Of a DNA stretch of 26,619 nucleotides, positions 20,870 through 26,619 are shown piece by piece (positions within the stretch are counted from its first letter, which is position 1; each line of letters opens with the position of its first letter). Location of the stretch: the NCBI GenBank assembly GCA_051294375.1, contig JBJCIZ010000206.1, positions 12,515 through 39,133 on the forward strand. The letters are read 5' to 3'. Both the position numbers and the translations under genes were made by a program. The notes under the pieces were generated by a model that saw only the letters and a program-made list of their open reading frames with translations, was not told the origin of the DNA and made no database searches. This DNA is from Paraspadella gotoi. Taxonomy: Eukaryota > Animalia > Chaetognatha.

Positions 20870-21197
20870 TGTAAAATCACAACATATGTTAAATGCGTTG
20901 ACATTGTAATGAAGTTGAAGAAATCCTTTATTTTATATATAAAAATCGCGTCAAGAATATTTTCCCGAGCGGACCAGTCTATTTGAATCTGATGGTTGAT
21001 GTCAAAATGCATGGTTATTTGTCAAGAGAAAAAAAAATGCGAGCCCTTCAGATGCAACAGGATCGGAATCGAGTGTTTTTTACATCTATTTTTTACCTGA
21101 ATTTTTCCCAGGGGTTGACATTATTTGGTAGTCAGATTTAACGAAAATCTCCATTGAAAAAGTCTTCCTAGATTTCTAAGAACGACGTAAGACTCCT
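20870..21197 (-). repeat. Dispersed repeat, inverted homolog of 4282-4552
   Basis: Shares the reverse-complement blocks listed under 4282-4552. Confidence 0.75.
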
Positions 21198-21546
21198 AAT
21201 TTAAACTGAAGATTTTTGTTCATGACTGAAAACCAACAGAGTAACGAGATTAATTGTTTAATTCTCCCTTTAAACTATCCCATACCGTGTTTTAACTTCT
21301 TACCTAGATTTTAACCACCAGATTGAAAAACAAATCTTTAAAAAATGTGCTTACCCATTTAACTTAAACATTTTGTTATTTACCCATTAAAAAAATGATT
21401 GAAAACAGAATGTTTACATATAAATAAAAACTTTTTTTTTTTTTTATTACTGATGACTATAATGTATTTTTCGATATATTAGCTCTTAATACATCAATGA
21501 TTACGTATTGTTATGACCTTTCCTCTTAAACCGAAAGTACAACGTA

Positions 21547-22061
21547 NNNNNNNNNNNNNNNNNNNNNNNNNNNNNNNNNNNNNNNNNNNNNNNNNNNNNN
21601 NNNNNNNNNNNNNNNNNNNNNNNNNNNNNNNNNNNNNNNNNNNNNNNNNNNNNNNNNNNNNNNNNNNNNNNNNNNNNNNNNNNNNNNNNNNNNNNNNNNN
21701 NNNNNNNNNNNNNNNNNNNNNNNNNNNNNNNNNNNNNNNNNNNNNNNNNNNNNNNNNNNNNNNNNNNNNNNNNNNNNNNNNNNNNNNNNNNNNNNNNNNN
21801 NNNNNNNNNNNNNNNNNNNNNNNNNNNNNNNNNNNNNNNNNNNNNNNNNNNNNNNNNNNNNNNNNNNNNNNNNNNNNNNNNNNNNNNNNNNNNNNNNNNN
21901 NNNNNNNNNNNNNNNNNNNNNNNNNNNNNNNNNNNNNNNNNNNNNNNNNNNNNNNNNNNNNNNNNNNNNNNNNNNNNNNNNNNNNNNNNNNNNNNNNNNN
22001 NNNNNNNNNNNNNNNNNNNNNNNNNNNNNNNNNNNNNNNNNNNNNNNNNNNNNNNNNNNNN
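21547..22061. other. Assembly gap
   Basis: Run of N. Confidence 1.
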
Positions 22062-24399
22062 ACGCCTCCGAACGCCAATATCCACGGGCGTGAAATTCAA
22101 AAATTTCACACGACCGCGTTTCTAAACGTAAAAATACGGATAAAGCCATGTTGAAATATGGTATTTAGTATGGCCCGGATCGCGCATGATCAATGCATTG
22201 ATTCTCTTAATAACCTACGTCAACCATTTTCAATACAGACCGGAACGCGCTTAAAAAAGCTTTTAGCGTGGCGAAACTTGATATCCTTTCTTTTGCTCTA
22301 AATTTAATATAAACTCTCTAAATTTACCTCCGCGCTCTACCTGAAACAGATAGTAAAAAACAATAAGTTTCTTTCGATGGTCTTAGAACAAAAAAAAAAT
22401 TGAAGGCTTGTACTATGCAGTTTTCACCTAAAAAACCAATTCATTTGATTGCTTATCAAGCAATTGATATTGCAAGATTTTTAATTTTCTTTTTTTATCT
22501 TGTAGAGAAAACATAAGCTATCCGAAACCGTACTGATATTGTATGATTTGTTCTAATTTACAAAAGATCTAGCAGGTTTTTGGGAAAAGGGAAAAAACCG
22601 CCTGACCAGTTTATTTAAATCCCATTTTTGGGCATGATAAAATGGGAATTTCGATCGCGCTCTAACTCCGTTGGCTTCCAAGACGCCAAGTCTTTCGAAA
22701 TCTACCCATATTGATATAATTTATATGGCCTTGACTATGCAGTTTTGAATAGAAGTGAAATATAAAGGAAATCTTGATGCGAACTTCGATTCGAACGATG
22801 GCGCACCCCTAATTATTCAAGTCGTTAGGCTGCAACTCTTCAAATTCAGTGTACATTCATTGTAGCTCGAATTTCGTTACACTCTATTTAACTAGGACTA
22901 AGCTCTGGACGAACAAAGGCCACGAGGTTTTTTTAATATATATTCTTATACCCGGCCAGGGTAAGAAGAATGATGGCAATTGTTGTTAATATTAAGTTTC
23001 AAAAAAATCCTACCATAAATATAGAAAACTATTAACCAAACATACTTCTCCGGAAATCAACCCGTACTTTGGAAAAGATAGAAGATTTTCCCGAATCTGA
23101 CTCCGGTTAAAACTCTTAGAATTTCCGATCGCTTAGGCTCTTTTACTTTACGTTTTAAATACAAAATTCACCAAAATGGACTAATTTCACAGTTTCCCGA
23201 TGATTCGGTATCATATTCGTAGTTCAAAACATTAGAACGTCGAATTTCAGCCTAAGCCTCGCATGCGTGATCAGGGCCTCATAAAAAATGACTGGAAAAA
23301 TAGTAGTCAGCGGAAAATAAGAATACCGAAGTAAACAAAATAAATGTGAAGATACATTATTTTTGTACGATATATGCAAAATTTGGCAAATAAATGACTA
23401 AAAATGAGTAATAAAATGAGACGGGATGAAGAGTTAAAATTATAAGGAAACGCTTAAAAAAGGATTAAGAGAGAAAACTAGTCAATTTCAGAGAGAGAGC
23501 ATTTAAATTACCTAAGGCATTAACATAATTATAAATATTATTATATTATAATTATAAACTTTAAAGGCAACAAAATCTATTTTTCAGTTAAATTTTTAAA
23601 TAAAATTAATTTAATTACATATTAAATTTATATAAAATTAAAATAAAAATTTGGTAAAGTTTTAAATATTTTCAGTAAGAGAAAATAAAATTATAAGAAA
23701 GGAATGACCACTAACTAATTTTGAGCTCTTTATTATTTTTATAATTTCACTTTCTCTTAGTGTGAATCTTGATTAAATTTCCATTTTAATTTGATTTAAA
23801 TTAAATTTATTTCACTTAAAAAAATTGAAAATAGATAATTGTTCCCTTCAAAGTTTAAAATTATATTATTTTGTTAATATCTTTGCTCTCACTGAAATTG
23901 ATTCTTTCATTTCTTATTCACTCTCCTCAATCTTATCTATCCTTACCACCAAAGAAGTGTCCTTTTTTAAATTTTTGTTGGAAGCTTTATGGGTGGCTCT
24001 CTCCATCCATCTCTCTAAATTAAACTTTTAAAATTTTTTTTATGAGGGAAACATTTTAGAATAAATTAAAAAAATTAAAATTGGATAAAGATTACATAAA
24101 ATATTTAAAAAATTAAGGCTTGATAAACGTACCGTGGTTTACTCGGAACAATAAACTTTCGCTCTATCATATAGATCAGTGACGCCCAACAAAGAATTCT
24201 ATTACTCTAAAATTTAAAATTTGAACATTTAAGCTTATATTCTGGCTTATTTCATCAAAAATGGTATGCCCAAAGTGCCCATGTGTTTAAGGTAGAACTT
24301 TATTTGCATAAAAATTCAGAGTTATAAACATTAAAACTAATTATCATTGATTTTATTACAAATTTAGGATTGTTTGTTGCCAATACAAGATTTTTATTG

Positions 24400-24445
24400 T
24401 CATAGAACATGTTCGATCTGTTTATTCAGTCTTCATCAGCTTTGA
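24400..24445 (-). ncRNA. Degenerate copy of minimal hammerhead ribozyme
   Basis: Minus strand UCAAAG-CUGAUGA-AGACUG...CAGAUC-GAAC-AUGUU-CUAUGA; lacks one A of GAAAC. Confidence 0.45.
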
Positions 24446-24613
24446 AGAACTCGAATGCAACAGGCGTAAATCGTTGTATTGGCAAAAAATACAATTCCTA
24501 ATTATCACTTAGCAACAAAGAACGAATAAATAATACAATGGTTACAAAATTAAAAATTTAAAGTCCAAATATTTAAAATTTAACTGAATCGGGATTGCAA
24601 GACGACGTTTGGA

Positions 24614-25191
24614 NNNNNNNNNNNNNNNNNNNNNNNNNNNNNNNNNNNNNNNNNNNNNNNNNNNNNNNNNNNNNNNNNNNNNNNNNNNNNNNNNNNNNNN
24701 NNNNNNNNNNNNNNNNNNNNNNNNNNNNNNNNNNNNNNNNNNNNNNNNNNNNNNNNNNNNNNNNNNNNNNNNNNNNNNNNNNNNNNNNNNNNNNNNNNNN
24801 NNNNNNNNNNNNNNNNNNNNNNNNNNNNNNNNNNNNNNNNNNNNNNNNNNNNNNNNNNNNNNNNNNNNNNNNNNNNNNNNNNNNNNNNNNNNNNNNNNNN
24901 NNNNNNNNNNNNNNNNNNNNNNNNNNNNNNNNNNNNNNNNNNNNNNNNNNNNNNNNNNNNNNNNNNNNNNNNNNNNNNNNNNNNNNNNNNNNNNNNNNNN
25001 NNNNNNNNNNNNNNNNNNNNNNNNNNNNNNNNNNNNNNNNNNNNNNNNNNNNNNNNNNNNNNNNNNNNNNNNNNNNNNNNNNNNNNNNNNNNNNNNNNNN
25101 NNNNNNNNNNNNNNNNNNNNNNNNNNNNNNNNNNNNNNNNNNNNNNNNNNNNNNNNNNNNNNNNNNNNNNNNNNNNNNNNNNNNNNNNNNN
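24614..25191. other. Assembly gap
   Basis: Run of N. Confidence 1.
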
Positions 25192-25562
25192 CTCCGGTCA
25201 TTGGTCTCGTCGTCCCGGGCTTCAACGGGTTAATCTTTTTCCTTTCAGATTACATTAAATATTTAAAAATTTAAGGCTTGATAAACGTACCGTGGTTTAC
25301 TCGGAACAATAAACATCTGCTCTGATCATTATCAGATTAGGTGCAGTCACAAAGAATTCTTTACTCTAAAATTTAAAATCTTGAACATTTAGCTGTATTT
25401 ACTGGCTTATTTCATCAAAAATGGTAGCCCAAAGTTGCAGTTATAAGGTAGAATTTATTTGGCATTAAAAATCAGAGTTATAAACAGTTAAACACTAATT
25501 ATCATTGATTTGATTACAAAATTTTAGGAATTGTTTGTTTGCCAATACAACGATTTTTATTG

Positions 25563-25611
25563 TCATAGAACATGTTTCGACTCTGTTGATTCGAGTCTTC
25601 ATCAGCTTTGA
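25563..25611 (-). ncRNA. Minimal type I hammerhead ribozyme (Penelope-associated type)
   Basis: Minus strand UCAAAG-CUGAUGA-A-GACUC-GAAUCAACA-GAGUC-GAAAC-AU-GUU-CUAUGA. Core boxes intact, 5-bp stem II, palindromic ACAUGU stem III, stem I UCAAAG/CUAUGA (5 of 6 pairs). Confidence 0.8.
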
Positions 25612-26070
25612 AGACTCGAATCAACAGAGTCGTAAATCGTTGTATTGGCAAAAAAACAATTCCTAATATTCACTTAGCAACGAAAAGAGAGAAAATAATA
25701 CAATGATTACAAAATTAAAAATTTAAAGTCCAAACTTTTAAAATTTAACTTGGAATCGCGGATTGCAAGGACGACGTTTGGAGTGATTTACTATGAACCT
25801 TAATGAACCTTAATATCAAAATTAAAGGAATAAATAACAAACTACAGGGCATTACAGCATATTTTCATATCTAACTTTTGTTTATCTACTCCCCCATATC
25901 AAGTAAACCGACAAATTTTTGAAACAATATTTTATTGAAAACTTTATTAATACAATAATTAATTGGTATATGATTTAATGACAGGTAAGCGCAAATTTTT
26001 ATGTTCATTTTCATCGCTTAACTTGTATTTTTGTTTTTGCTGAATTTACAAGATTGTAATCGAAGAGATT

Positions 26071-26122
26071 GGGGTTAGGGAGGGGTTAGGGTTAAGGGTG
26101 GTTTAGGGTTAGGGGTGGTTAG
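26071..26122 (+). repeat. Short degenerate interstitial (TTAGGG)-like tract
   Basis: GGGGTTAGGGAGGGGTTAGGGTTAAGGGTGGTTTAGGGTTAGGGGTGGTTAG. Confidence 0.7.
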
Positions 26123-26619
26123 TAGGCCGGAACAGGTTGAAAACTAGAAGTTCTCTCAAATAAATAATGGTTAAGTGTCTGTTAGAGAATATGAAAATGA
26201 AAATAATTTTTAAAATTTAGCTTATTCATAAGCGCACGGAAGCATTTAAAGATAAAGTTTAAAAATTTAATATTATGAAGAGAATGATATACTTGCAAAA
26301 GCTCTAACATAAAAAGTAAGCTGGCCCAGCCTTGGTTCAATTAAAAGTGTCAAAAGTGAATAATTTAAAATATTAAATCCCTTTTCAAAATATATAACCT
26401 GTTTAAATTATTATAAATTATTATAAAATATTATTATTTATATAAGTAACATGAAAGAGCCTGAGAAAAAAAGATTTAAGATAGCCAATCACAATTTAAT
26501 AAAAATCATAAATTTATTCTCCAGCTATTGATTTTTAAAAAGATGTCTCGTTTTTGAGTATCTTAATTAAAAAAATAAAATTTGAAAGGGCTTTCAGAAA
26601 ATAATAATATTAATATTAT

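Larger units (their letters stand above)
24089..25782 (+). repeat. ~525-535 bp direct duplication (24089-24613 and 25247-25782) either side of a gap; Penelope-type terminal region
   Basis: Collinear (e.g. GGCTTGATAAACGTACCGTGGTTTACTCGGAACAATAAAC), differing mainly by 1-nt indels. Confidence 0.9.

Noticed and set aside
25192-25233. piggyBac-like right end (...GGG-TTAA)
   Set aside because: Too short, and the partner end would lie in the gap, so it cannot be supported.
21494-25274. Long poly-X ORFs
   Set aside because: Artefacts of N gaps.
26071-26122. True telomere or chromosome-fusion scar
   Set aside because: Only ~50 bp, degenerate and in one orientation. Such tracts are common inside dispersed repeats.

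Overview
AT-rich eukaryotic, probably invertebrate, DNA made almost entirely of nested and degraded mobile elements. It has three N-gaps and many indels, suggesting noisy long-read or gap-filled assembly. Well-supported content: (1) a GC-rich, frameshifted Ty3/Gypsy LTR retrotransposon on the minus strand (~10.9-15.7 kb; gag, PR-RT-RH-INT, two ~330-350 bp LTR-like repeats); (2) a Penelope-like element of the permuted Naiad/Chlamys type, with GIY-YIG upstream of RT (~7.2-8.4 kb), plus a second GIY-YIG fragment; (3) a Penelope-type minimal hammerhead inside an inverted repeat, in a segment duplicated across a gap (24.1-25.8 kb); (4) HINE-like and MITE-like repeats and a palindromic 20-bp minisatellite. 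The most interesting observation is a head-to-tail array of 2.1 copies of a ~477-479 bp hairpin-rich unit (4549-5557). Each full copy carries a motif matching a circularly permuted (type-P5) twister ribozyme with a short palindromic P1, making it a candidate twister-based retrozyme or circular-RNA retroelement. A few GC-rich islands may be host exons, but no host gene could be named. All calls were made by eye and many boundaries are approximate.
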